Shown: one piece after another, positions 9,985 through 18,712 of the stretch
Layout of the letters: each line of letters opens with the position of its first letter
Position numbering within the stretch: the stretch's first letter is position 1
Source of the DNA: an uncultured Gemmatimonadota bacterium
GTDB lineage: Bacteria > JAAXHH01
NCBI GenBank assembly: GCA_951812955.1
Contig: OX638340.1
Span: 3,712,001 to 3,776,000, forward strand
DNA length: 64,000 nt
Reading direction: 5' to 3'
Notes under the pieces: generated by a model
The model's database searches: none
Told to the model about the DNA's origin: nothing
Seen by the model: the letters and a program-made list of their open reading frames with translations, nothing else
Program-made: the position numbers and the translations under genes

Positions 9985-10070
9985 GGCCGTTTCCCTACGC
10001 TGGTATAACCCAGGTCAGGTTCAAAGGGTCGTGATTCTCAGGCCCGCGAGGAGCCGCCCCTAACGGTAAT
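9985..10070 (-). promoter_or_regulatory. TPP (THI-box) riboswitch aptamer
   Basis: Minus-strand reading GGGGCGGCUCCUCGCGGGCCUGAGAAUCACGACCCUUUGAACCUGACCUGGGUUAUACCAGCGUAGGGAA. Matches the TPP riboswitch core (CUGAGA ... ACCCUUUGAACCUGAUCUGG.UAAU.CCAGCGUAGGGAA). Lies immediately upstream of thiO. Confidence 0.9.
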
Positions 10071-10148
10071 ATGGCAGTTTAAGAAAAGCGGATAGAGGTG
10101 TCAACGAATTCTTCCCGGTATGGATGCCCGGTGAGGTGGCCCGGCGGA

Positions 10149-12338
10149 TCAGACCATGCCGAAATACCGCCGAAACAGCCACTCGCCCGTGAGCAGGCAG
10201 ACCAGTACAGCCAACACGGCGGGATGGTTCCAGAACGAGACGGTGCGCGTCTCCCGAACGGTGACCTCGTCCATGCTGATGTCGTCGGCCAGGCGATCGA
10301 TTTCCGATGGGAGGTAGAATCCCCCGTCCGTCATATCGGCCAATTGGACGAGGAGTTTCCGGTTCATGCGCGTTCTCTCAAACTCGGCGCCGGCCTCGCC
10401 CACGACGAATCCACCGGCGTCCGTCCCGAGCGGGATGCCATTCAGCGCGGCGGTAGCTTCAAACGAATATGCGCCCGCGGGCAAAAACTGAAGGCGTCCC
10501 GCGTATCGACCGAGGCCCTGTCCAGTCGAAGAGAGGTCTAACCGGAACGCGCCTGCTTCGTCCTGCTCGGACCGAACCGTCACCGACAGATCGGCACGTT
10601 CGACCGGCCGGTACTGCTCGTCGTATACCTGACCGTCGAATCGAATCGATTCTCCGTCCACGTACTGCAGTTTATCCGATGCGACACGAATCCTGCGACT
10701 GCTCTCCCGCACGGTGACCCATCTGACGGCATTGTTCCAGAACCTCTCGTACGCCGCGTTGGTTCCGCCGCTACCCCACATCATAAGGTCCCATCGCCAC
10801 AGGCCATGGGCGGCCACGCCGAGCACGCTGCCCTGGCCGTAGCGATGCACGGCGATGACCGGTGCAAGCTCATTTCCGGTTCGCCATGTAGGATGTCTGG
10901 CGAGTACAGTCGCGCCAGGTTTTGCGCGCCCGACCTGGTTCATGCCGGGCAGGGGAGGCAATTCCATCCAGCGCCGTTCCGATTCGGCCGGGTCATCATC
11001 CAGGCGGGTGATCGGATGCGTGCCGCCGTCAGCCGTCAGTACCGGAACAAAAGACGCTTCCGTCATCCCTCTTGCCGCCGCGGCGATCCCGAATGGCATC
11101 AGATTACCGAGGGGCGTTCCGGCGTAACCGCCCATTTCAAAGCTGTTTGGGCCGCCGAACGCAATCAATCCGCCGCCCCTCTCCTCGACAAAGGACACAA
11201 GGTAAGGCGCCCATGGCCGGATGCGGTCATAGTCCACGCTGCCCAGCATTACGAGGTCATAGGAAAACCAATCCATACGTGAAGCGGGCATGGGTTCGGG
11301 ATAGGTCCGGCCGTCGGGCCGGAACAGGATACTCGTTACTTCCAGGTTGGCGTCTTTTTCCAGCGTTCGTCGCAGGAAACCCATGTCGGCGCGCGGGGCT
11401 CCCTCGATATACAGAACGCGTAAACCGGACTTCAACGCCTTGACCGTGAAGTCGCGTCGGTTGTTTCGTGCGGTGATCTCGCCCTCGAGTTCGGGAACTT
11501 CCACCTCGTACCGATGGATGCCCTCGGTCTCGGGAACGATATGGAAAACAACCGTCCGTTCCACTTCCTGACCATCCAGGGCGATTTCCTCACTCCGCAG
11601 GATACGGCCCTCTTCCCGCAAGGTGACGGGTACGCGCATACTGCCGTATCCACGTCCGCGCACGACGACTTCGACCGGGACGTTGCTTCCGGTGTATACC
11701 ACTTCATTGAACGTCAAATGGGAGATGCTGATATCCCGGACGCCTAACGTGTCGCCGATTCCCACCGTAAACAGGGGCAGATCGAGTGCCTCTGCGACCC
11801 GGAGCGGATCGCGTCCGACGGTGAAATTGCCATCGGTAACCAGGATGGCGGCGCCGAAACTGCCGGCGCCGAAACCGCCTTCAAGAGAGGACAGGGCGCC
11901 GCCGATGTCGGTGCCGGCGCCGTCGGTAGACAGGGAATCAATATCGCCCTCGGGCAAGGGCGACAGGTCCTCGGCAAACCGGTAACGATGGACGCGGTGA
12001 CGGGCTTCCAGGGTCTTCAACGCATCACCGGAAAGTACCGAGGAAAGCACTTCGTTTCGCGCTCCCAGGCGGTCCGTCAGTCCCATGCTCGCCGAGGTGT
12101 CGACGAGCACTGCCAGTCCGGGAGATTCGGTCCGTTCCACCAGCATGCGCGAAACGGGTTCGCTGAGAATCGCCAGAAGCACGGCGGCGGCCGCGATCCG
12201 TAGACCGACAAGCCCCCAGGCCGCGGCGGGCGACAAAAGGGTGAAGAGCCGCCGGGAAAGCCCGTAAATAAGGATACAGGCAAGGATGAAAGCGATGAGG
12301 ATCCAGGTGAGGGAATCCGCTTGGAAATCCAGGGGCAT
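10149..12338 (-). CDS. large membrane protein: N-terminal double-TM anchor, von Willebrand A domain, GATase1/ThuA-like domain, C-terminal TM helix (two_anch/BatA-like family)
   Basis: 729 aa with N-terminal TM helices (WILIAFILACILIYGL; AAWGLVGLRIAAAAVLLAIL). VLVDTSASM is a MIDAS-like DxSxS motif. The central block GGGLIAFGGPNSF...TPLGNLMPF resembles class-I glutamine-amidotransferase-like folds. A C-terminal TM reads VLAVLVCLLTGEWLF. Confidence 0.6.
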   Translation of the reverse strand: MPLDFQADSLTWILIAFILACILIYGLSRRLFTLLSPAAAWGLVGLRIAAAAVLLAILSEPVSRMLVERTESPGLAVLVDTSASMGLTDRLGARNEVLSSVLSGDALKTLEARHRVHRYRFAEDLSPLPEGDIDSLSTDGAGTDIGGALSSLEGGFGAGSFGAAILVTDGNFTVGRDPLRVAEALDLPLFTVGIGDTLGVRDISISHLTFNEVVYTGSNVPVEVVVRGRGYGSMRVPVTLREEGRILRSEEIALDGQEVERTVVFHIVPETEGIHRYEVEVPELEGEITARNNRRDFTVKALKSGLRVLYIEGAPRADMGFLRRTLEKDANLEVTSILFRPDGRTYPEPMPASRMDWFSYDLVMLGSVDYDRIRPWAPYLVSFVEERGGGLIAFGGPNSFEMGGYAGTPLGNLMPFGIAAAARGMTEASFVPVLTADGGTHPITRLDDDPAESERRWMELPPLPGMNQVGRAKPGATVLARHPTWRTGNELAPVIAVHRYGQGSVLGVAAHGLWRWDLMMWGSGGTNAAYERFWNNAVRWVTVRESSRRIRVASDKLQYVDGESIRFDGQVYDEQYRPVERADLSVTVRSEQDEAGAFRLDLSSTGQGLGRYAGRLQFLPAGAYSFEATAALNGIPLGTDAGGFVVGEAGAEFERTRMNRKLLVQLADMTDGGFYLPSEIDRLADDISMDEVTVRETRTVSFWNHPAVLAVLVCLLTGEWLFRRYFGMV

Positions 12339-12498
12339 TCAGGGGTTCCGGTTCCGGTCCGGCGTTTGCTATGAAACGGGTAGAATCAGTCGACATCCCC
12401 TTCTTATAGTTTTCTTGTCCACAATTCAAGCATTTAAAACGATAGCATCCACACAGTGGTACCGTGCGCATACGAATGGCAACGCCACCCAAGCGATA

Positions 12499-13878
12499 TT
12501 AGCGGCCAGGTTGCATGTCCTTTCCCAGGGCGCCGTCCAGCGTGGCCTGGGCGATCAGGTAATCGTACTGCGCTCCGGCCAGATCGGATTTCGCCCGCGC
12601 CAGGGCTTCCTGCGCCGTAAAGACATCCAGCAGCGTGCCGGAACCCACCCGGTATCGTTCCTCCGCCAGCCGGAGACTCTCCTCCGCCGCCACGATGTTG
12701 TCGTTGCTGAGCGTGATGACTTCCCGGGCCGTATCCAGGTTGAGCAACGCGCGTCTGATCGTCAGCGACGTGGCCCTGCGGGTTTGTCGCAGCGTCTCCT
12801 CCGCGATCAGCTGCTGCGCCTGCGCCTGCGAAATCTCGGCATAGGTCTGCGTGCCATTCAGGATCGGCATGGTGAGATTCAAATTGAAGGAAAGCCGCCA
12901 GTTCTTGTCATAGGTGCCGTAGACATCCTGGAAGCGAACGCCCGATCGGCTGTAACCTATGTTGCCGGATACCGTTGGCCAGAGTCCACTCCGGGCCAGT
13001 TTGGTCCCGAGCAACGCGGTACGGATGCCGCCCTCATCCCGCTGGATGGCGGGATTGGTCAGGTCGGCCAGCCGAAGCGCGTCCTGTAAGCCCATGGGCG
13101 CCGTCGTGTCGAGCGACCCGCCTTCCAGCGGATCTGCGATCCGGAACACCTCGTTGGAACCGATGCCCATGACATTGGCCAGTTCGGCACGGGCCTGCAT
13201 AACCGCATTCTCCTGGTTATGCAGGTTTATGCGCACGCCGCCAAGTTGGGCCCTGGTCTGCAGTACGTCCACGCGGGCCACGGAACCGATCTCGTACATA
13301 CTCTGGGTCCGTCGCAACTGTTCCTCGTTCAGGCGAACCTGTTCTTCCGTCACTTCTTTGAGACGCAAGGCGCGTAGCAGGTTGTAGTACCGGGTCTTCA
13401 CGTCCACGGTAACCTGGTTTTCGGTATTTACCTGGTCCAGTTTCCCGTTGTCTACCAGTTGCCTGTCACGCCGGATCGTGTTCCAGTTCCTGCCGCCATT
13501 GTACAGGTCCATGCGCAGGAAGACGTTGTTGCTATAGTTCGTCCGGGTGCTGCCCTCCGCTACCTGGAGCTGGACGCCTTCGACAATGATCGGAGTATCG
13601 CCGGAAGTCGTCCGATTCGCGTTTACTAAGTTGGCGTTCAGCTGGGGCATGACACCCGAATAGGAACCGAGGACGGCGGCCTGCCGGACTTCCACCTGTT
13701 TCCGGGCGATCTCGATCTGGGGGTTGTTCTCCAGCGCGATCTGAATGCATCTGTCCAGCGTGTAAAAAGCGCCCTGGTCGGGATCGATTCCGGCGTTCTG
13801 CCCGTGCGCTTTCTCCGCGGGGGACAACAGGCCAGTTACGATCAGGACGGCCCAGCAGATCGTATTCCGCATCATCAT
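12499..13878 (-). CDS. TolC-family outer-membrane efflux protein
   Basis: Signal peptide MMMRNTICWAVLIVTGLL, a repeated coiled-coil/beta structure, and ...LDRCIQIALENNPQIEIARKQVE..., a typical OEP/TolC N-terminus. No cognate pump is adjacent. Confidence 0.8.
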   Translation of the reverse strand: MMMRNTICWAVLIVTGLLSPAEKAHGQNAGIDPDQGAFYTLDRCIQIALENNPQIEIARKQVEVRQAAVLGSYSGVMPQLNANLVNANRTTSGDTPIIVEGVQLQVAEGSTRTNYSNNVFLRMDLYNGGRNWNTIRRDRQLVDNGKLDQVNTENQVTVDVKTRYYNLLRALRLKEVTEEQVRLNEEQLRRTQSMYEIGSVARVDVLQTRAQLGGVRINLHNQENAVMQARAELANVMGIGSNEVFRIADPLEGGSLDTTAPMGLQDALRLADLTNPAIQRDEGGIRTALLGTKLARSGLWPTVSGNIGYSRSGVRFQDVYGTYDKNWRLSFNLNLTMPILNGTQTYAEISQAQAQQLIAEETLRQTRRATSLTIRRALLNLDTAREVITLSNDNIVAAEESLRLAEERYRVGSGTLLDVFTAQEALARAKSDLAGAQYDYLIAQATLDGALGKDMQPGR

Positions 13879-14040
13879 TGTATATCTCCTTGTTTCAATG
13901 GTAACGAAGGACCCTTTCAAGAATTAGACGGATAACCAGCCGAATTCCCGCGCAACAGATTGATTTATCTGTTAGACCCCGGACAGAATGGAAGGTTTCC
14001 GATTAACTGAGAAAGCGGGGAGAGAGAGGACGTCCGTCCG

Positions 14041-15180
14041 TCACCTGCGGCGTCGCCAGAGTATCAACAGGCCGACCGCGAGGACTCCCGCGCCCGCGCC
14101 GATCCACGAAGTATAACCCGTGGGAGAGGGAGATGCGGAGACCGCCGGCTTGATCGTGCAGAGCGAGGTGAGCAGTTCGACGGATTCGCTCACGGCCACG
14201 TCGCCGATCACCGTGAAGAGCTTTCCATCGTAATGCCTGCGCAGAATGGAATAGGGGCCGCGGTCCCACACGCGCACGTCGCCGAGCAGTTCGGGCGTAC
14301 CCTTGGGAGACATGTGAGACGCTTCGGAAGATGCGATCCGCTGGAAGAGCGAGATTCGCGAGAGGCCGTCGCTGTACATGAAATGCACGAGCGGCCGGCC
14401 GTGGTGCTGAATGACGCGGCGCTGCTGGAGGGCGAATCCCGGCGGAACGTAAACCGGGGCGTTCAATCTGAAATCCGCTTCCTGCTGCACTTCGCTGATG
14501 GATCCACAGGCAATGACCTGATTGATTTCGACGGACTTGCCCGTCCATTCCTCCGTAGCGAAGAGGTCCGGCGGGATAGACGGATCTTTTTCGAATTCCG
14601 TCAGGAAGAGTTCCTCGACGAGTACACCGGCCTCGTTGCGTTCTTCAGTCCGCATCACCAGGCCCGTTTCCTCGTCGATCCACGCCTTCATGGTCATTCT
14701 GCCGGGATGGCGGGGCTTGAAAGCCAGGACGGCCACCGGACGGTCGAGAAGCCGGTCGGCGCCGGTAATTTCGAGTTCGTAGTTGGTTTGAAGCAGATCG
14801 AGACTGCTGAACTCCAGGTTCATATCGAGCAGGTTGGAGTTCGACTGTCGGCGGTGCGAATAGAAGAGCGAGTCTCCCGAGGCCTTCCGCCGGTATATGT
14901 CGTCGTCCACGCGGATGATGACCTCACGGATGCGACCATCCGAATCGGGGATGTCGATGCGGTCCCGGTCAGGACGCTGATGGGTTATTCTCTGGACATA
15001 GCGGGTGGTGTCCCCCGCCGCGTTGAACCGCTGCTTCGTCATCGTGGCACGGTAGCTCACGCGGGCCGGAGCTTCCATGATCTTCTGGTAGGTTACATCC
15101 GGATCGACTGCGCGGACGGGAGAAGGGCTCGAAAGGCAGGCCGCGGCAACGAAACAGAGGAATACAGGTCGAAACATCAT
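14041..15180 (-). CDS. periplasmic MucB/RseB-like (LolA-fold) sigma-E regulatory protein with C-terminal TM/Arg tail
   Basis: Signal peptide MMFRPVFLCFVAAACLSSPSPVRA. Its position directly after the ECF sigma and anti-sigma genes (10-nt gaps) supports this call. The protein ends PSPTGYTSWIGAGAGVLAVGLLILWRRRR. Confidence 0.5.
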   Translation of the reverse strand: MMFRPVFLCFVAAACLSSPSPVRAVDPDVTYQKIMEAPARVSYRATMTKQRFNAAGDTTRYVQRITHQRPDRDRIDIPDSDGRIREVIIRVDDDIYRRKASGDSLFYSHRRQSNSNLLDMNLEFSSLDLLQTNYELEITGADRLLDRPVAVLAFKPRHPGRMTMKAWIDEETGLVMRTEERNEAGVLVEELFLTEFEKDPSIPPDLFATEEWTGKSVEINQVIACGSISEVQQEADFRLNAPVYVPPGFALQQRRVIQHHGRPLVHFMYSDGLSRISLFQRIASSEASHMSPKGTPELLGDVRVWDRGPYSILRRHYDGKLFTVIGDVAVSESVELLTSLCTIKPAVSASPSPTGYTSWIGAGAGVLAVGLLILWRRRR

Positions 15181-15190
15181 GGCGTATCGC

Positions 15191-15682
15191 CTATTCCTTG
15201 TAGTTGACCATGACGGAACCCAGGGTACCGCTGGTAAAAACGCTTTGATCCTCGATCAGGGCGTGTTCCTGCAGGATGAAGAACATATCGTCGTTCGAGA
15301 TCGTCTGCTGGACGGCCGGCGTATCGACCGGCCTGATCGACTGCCAGATCAGCCCGCCGGCCACCAGTAAAAGCGTGGCAGCGACTGCGATGTATTGACG
15401 GGGCTGCTTGGTGCGCGACGCATCCCTTTTTTTCATGCCCGGAACCATATGGGCGTGTGTCGTGCGTTCCAGAATCGCAGTCTGGACTTCCGCTGCCACC
15501 ACCGCCGTGGGCTTCTCCAGGCGGCAGCAGCGCAACATGCCGCGGACGGACTGCAATCCGCGCAATTCCCGCGCGCAACCGGGGCAGGACTCGATGTGCC
15601 GCGCGATTTCGGCGACTTCCTCGTTGCCGCACATGCGCTCCAGGTAGAACGTGAGCCGTTTCTTTATCTGGTTGCAGTTCAT
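15191..15682 (-). CDS. anti-sigma factor with zf-HC2 zinc finger and single TM helix
   Basis: C3...H29..C33PGC36 matches the zf-HC2 pattern. A TM helix YIAVAATLLLVAGGLIW follows. Sits 9 nt downstream of the ECF sigma gene. Confidence 0.8.
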   Translation of the reverse strand: MNCNQIKKRLTFYLERMCGNEEVAEIARHIESCPGCARELRGLQSVRGMLRCCRLEKPTAVVAAEVQTAILERTTHAHMVPGMKKRDASRTKQPRQYIAVAATLLLVAGGLIWQSIRPVDTPAVQQTISNDDMFFILQEHALIEDQSVFTSGTLGSVMVNYKE

Positions 15683-15691
15683 GGCTTGGTC

Positions 15692-16363
15692 CTATAGATC
15701 CAGGTATCCGGCGAGTCGCTTGGAAAGCACGCGCTTCAACTTGAGCCGTCCGTGATGCAGCCGGGACATCACCGTCCCTTCGGGACACTGAAGTATCTCC
15801 GCGATCTGCCGGTGGGAGAGACCTTCCAGGTCGAACAGCACGACAACGGTCCGGTGCCGCTCCGACAGGGTATCCAGCGCGGCCATAATGGACCGCTTCA
15901 ACTCAGCGTTCTCCAGCACCTCGTGCGGAGTTTTCTCTGAGGACGGCAGATTGGAAACTAGAAACTGCTTTCCGGTGCCGCCGTTCCGCCCGCCGTAATC
16001 CGAAAAGGAGTACATGCGGCGTCGGGCCTCCCGCTTGCGGTAGTTGATACACTTGTTGATCAAAATGCGGTATAGCCAGGTCGAAAACCTATACTGCGTG
16101 TTGAACCGTTCCAGCGTTCTAAACACTTCGAGAAAGGCGTCCTGAACGAGGTCGCGCGCGTCATCGTGGCTCGCGAGCATCTGGTACGCCACGGAATAGG
16201 CCTTCTCGCTGTATCGCCTCGTCATTTCGTCGAAGGCGGAGCCATCGCCTGATTTGGCCCGTTCCATCAACCTTCGTTCTTCTTCGCGCCGGTCTTCGCT
16301 CGCGCCCTGGACGGCCGGTCTTTTCCGTTCCGCTACCGAATGGATTTTGCTGACGGTGTTCAC
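15692..16363 (-). CDS. RNA polymerase ECF sigma factor (sigma-E/sigma-24 family)
   Basis: Region 2 (DLVQDAFLEVFRTLERF...FSTWLYRILINKCINYRK) and region 4 (LSHRQIAEILQCPEGTVMSRLHHGRLKLK) are both recognisable. Confidence 0.9.
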   Translation of the reverse strand: MNTVSKIHSVAERKRPAVQGASEDRREEERRLMERAKSGDGSAFDEMTRRYSEKAYSVAYQMLASHDDARDLVQDAFLEVFRTLERFNTQYRFSTWLYRILINKCINYRKREARRRMYSFSDYGGRNGGTGKQFLVSNLPSSEKTPHEVLENAELKRSIMAALDTLSERHRTVVVLFDLEGLSHRQIAEILQCPEGTVMSRLHHGRLKLKRVLSKRLAGYLDL

Positions 16364-16491
16364 CCAGTTACACCCCTGGTCCTATCCCATGCGTCTCTGT
16401 GACTGAATCCGTATACATCCTCAATCAGTTTATCTTCACAAAATGGCCGGATTCACGGCTGTTAAATCGTTTTGGATACACGTTACGGATA

Positions 16492-17469
16492 CTATGCAAG
16501 GCTGATTTCATTGGATTTCCGATACATCTCGAGTGCCTTGTCGAGCTGTCTGCTCTTGTCGTAGATCATGCCGAGATACCGGTACGCCTGTTCATTGCGC
16601 GGTTCATGACGGAGCAGGGTTTCGAAGTGCTCGATCGCTTCCGCATGCTTATCCACGTGACAGTATGCCTTGCCCAGTTGGAGATATACCTCCGCCTTCG
16701 ACCGGTCCACGTCCAACGCGCGGGAGAGTATCTTGATCGCTTCGTCGTAGATTCCGATAGTGATGTAAAGTACGCCGAGCTGATAGCAGGCCCGGTAAGA
16801 ATAAGGATCGTATTCCAGGGCGCTATGGAGGTCGGTCCTGGCATCCTCGAATTGTCCCATTTCCGCGTACAGCGCCGCACGGTCGACCAGCGTATCTATA
16901 TGTCCCGAATCGATCGCCAGGGCGCGATTGTAATGCTCACGCGCGGTTTCCTGGGCGCCGAGGCGGCAGTACATCCTGCCCAGACTGCCCATCGCGGCGG
17001 TGTGACCGGGATGCTGTTCGAGAATACGTCTGTACTGCTGGATCGCCAGTTCGGTTTTACCCTTATTCGCGAGGATCTCCGCCCGGTTCATCATCGCGGA
17101 GAGATCGTCGGTTCTGTTTTTTGGCGTTTCTTCGGCGTGTTGTTTCACCGTACCGGCAGATTCCGGCCTGGCAGGCTCTTCGGAAAGGGGCGACTGGCTC
17201 GCCACGGTGTCTTTCAAGGCATCGAAAGGAACGAAATGGGGAATGTTGCGGTCGTTCAGGCGCAATCCCACGTTGGAATTCAGATCTCGCGCCATGCGTG
17301 CTTTCCTGACTTTTACACTGAAGGCGCCGAACCGGTGGAGGTTCACTCGTTCGTCCCGGGAAATCGCCTCGTTTACTTCCGACAGGAACGCGTTGAGCAC
17401 TGCAGACACCCTGCGCCTGGAGACCTGGGTCCTGGATGCCACTTCGTTTACTAGCGATTCTCTGTTCAT
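16492..17469 (-). CDS. HU/IHF-family DNA-binding domain fused to a C-terminal TPR-repeat domain
   Basis: From MNRESLVNEVASRTQVSRRRVSAVLNAFLSEVNEAISRDERVNLHRFGAFSVKVRKARMARD...IPHFVPFDALKD is a clear HU fold. It is followed by ~6 TPR repeats (AIQQYRRILEQHP..., EHYNRALAIDSGH..., AIKILSRALDVD..., AIEHFETLLRHEP...). The start is taken at the M beginning the HU domain. Confidence 0.7.
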   Translation of the reverse strand: MNRESLVNEVASRTQVSRRRVSAVLNAFLSEVNEAISRDERVNLHRFGAFSVKVRKARMARDLNSNVGLRLNDRNIPHFVPFDALKDTVASQSPLSEEPARPESAGTVKQHAEETPKNRTDDLSAMMNRAEILANKGKTELAIQQYRRILEQHPGHTAAMGSLGRMYCRLGAQETAREHYNRALAIDSGHIDTLVDRAALYAEMGQFEDARTDLHSALEYDPYSYRACYQLGVLYITIGIYDEAIKILSRALDVDRSKAEVYLQLGKAYCHVDKHAEAIEHFETLLRHEPRNEQAYRYLGMIYDKSRQLDKALEMYRKSNEISLA

Positions 17470-17707
17470 GGTGCTCCGGCTATGCTGAGGCGAAGCCGCA
17501 ATCGCCGTCGGGGAGCCCGTCCCGGCATGGCGACGACCGCCGTATATCGTGTTCTGCCAGTGACGTTTCAGGAAGGTCAAACGCTCGCACGCCTGGCCGC
17601 GTCATCTGGCTGTTAAGTATTATGGTCGTGATACCGAAAATCGGCCGTATCCTGCCGCATGTCAAGCAGGAATGAATGGACCGTGCGCTTATTGATCCTG
17701 CCCGGGC

Positions 17708-17730
17708 AACAAAAAGCGCACTGGCGCTAC
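17708..17730 (-). terminator. possible intrinsic terminator after PmoA-like gene
   Basis: Minus strand AGCGCCAGUGCGCUUUUUGUU: a 5-bp GC stem with a 4-nt loop and U5, overlapping the TAG stop. A weak stem. Confidence 0.35.
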
Positions 17731-18650
17731 GTCCGGTCACGCCTGTCCGATTCTATCACGTAGGACCTGTACAGTTCATCGATCTCCCCTTCTCCGGGCA
17801 CGTTGTCCAGCACCAGGAATCCGTAACGGAGATGAAGGCTTTCCGTTGGTCGGAGCGTAAAGTCTTCCTCCATAAGCGGCCCTGTGCCCAGCAGGTTGCG
17901 GCGGGTAAACCAGTGCACCGGGTGGCGTAGGTTTCGCGGATGGTCCATGAGCACCACCATGCCACCCTGGGCGCCCGCGGCGCCGACCCACCTGTCCCGT
18001 GTTCTCATGATGGTTTCGTGTCCGCTGCGGCCGCTGCCGCTCGTATGGAACGCGTCCGCGAACGGAGGTCCCATTCGCAGGACCAAACCGCTGTAACGGG
18101 CGGCCCGCGAAGCTCCCATGGTGATTTCCTCCCCGATCGGAGTGATCACCGATTCGATGAGCCACAGACAGCCGCCGGCCCTGGCGGTCTCCAGGAACTC
18201 GAACCGCCGCGACTCCGTGATCAGCGGGCGGTCGTTGCGGTCCAGCCAGGTGAGATTTTCGCCTACCGCGACCCCGGATGCTCCATTTGCAGCCGGTGTG
18301 AATCCATCGTGGCGCTGAACGCCGTGGCTGTCCGGAACAGGAACGTATTCACCTTGTTCCGGCAGGTACCAGGAACCTCCCCAGAAATTGGTGTCGTTGA
18401 CGTGCACCCAGCCGAAATACAACCCCGTGTGCCAGGTGTGGTCGTCGGGACGGTATTCGCTGACCAGGCCGCCGGAAGGGGTGTAAACCGGATGAAAACA
18501 TGGCTTGGGCGATTCGTCCCGCGGCAACCGGTCGGTCGCGACGTTGTACCGGCACAGCAACCGGCGGTCCGCATAGACCTCGAATCCGTCCGCTTCGTTG
18601 ACTTCGAGCCGAAGATGGCTTAGGTTTCTTTTGAATGCGTCTGATCTCAT
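17727..18650 (-). CDS. hypothetical protein, possibly PmoA-family (DUF6807)
   Basis: 307 aa with no signal peptide and W/H-rich motifs (WHTGLYFGWVHVNDTNFWGGSWY). The family assignment comes from memory of PmoA-like proteins that neighbour Gfo/Idh/MocA genes and is not verifiable here. Confidence 0.35.
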   Translation of the reverse strand: MRSDAFKRNLSHLRLEVNEADGFEVYADRRLLCRYNVATDRLPRDESPKPCFHPVYTPSGGLVSEYRPDDHTWHTGLYFGWVHVNDTNFWGGSWYLPEQGEYVPVPDSHGVQRHDGFTPAANGASGVAVGENLTWLDRNDRPLITESRRFEFLETARAGGCLWLIESVITPIGEEITMGASRAARYSGLVLRMGPPFADAFHTSGSGRSGHETIMRTRDRWVGAAGAQGGMVVLMDHPRNLRHPVHWFTRRNLLGTGPLMEEDFTLRPTESLHLRYGFLVLDNVPGEGEIDELYRSYVIESDRRDRT

Positions 18651-18712
18651 AACTGGTGCCTTTACATGGATTATTCGATGCGACGAACCCCGTGCAATCC
18701 CGATCGGTTACT

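Noticed and set aside
14233-15207. 324-aa plus-strand ORF overlapping the RseB-like gene
   Set aside because: An antisense frame. The minus-strand product has a signal peptide and sits in operon context with the sigma/anti-sigma genes.
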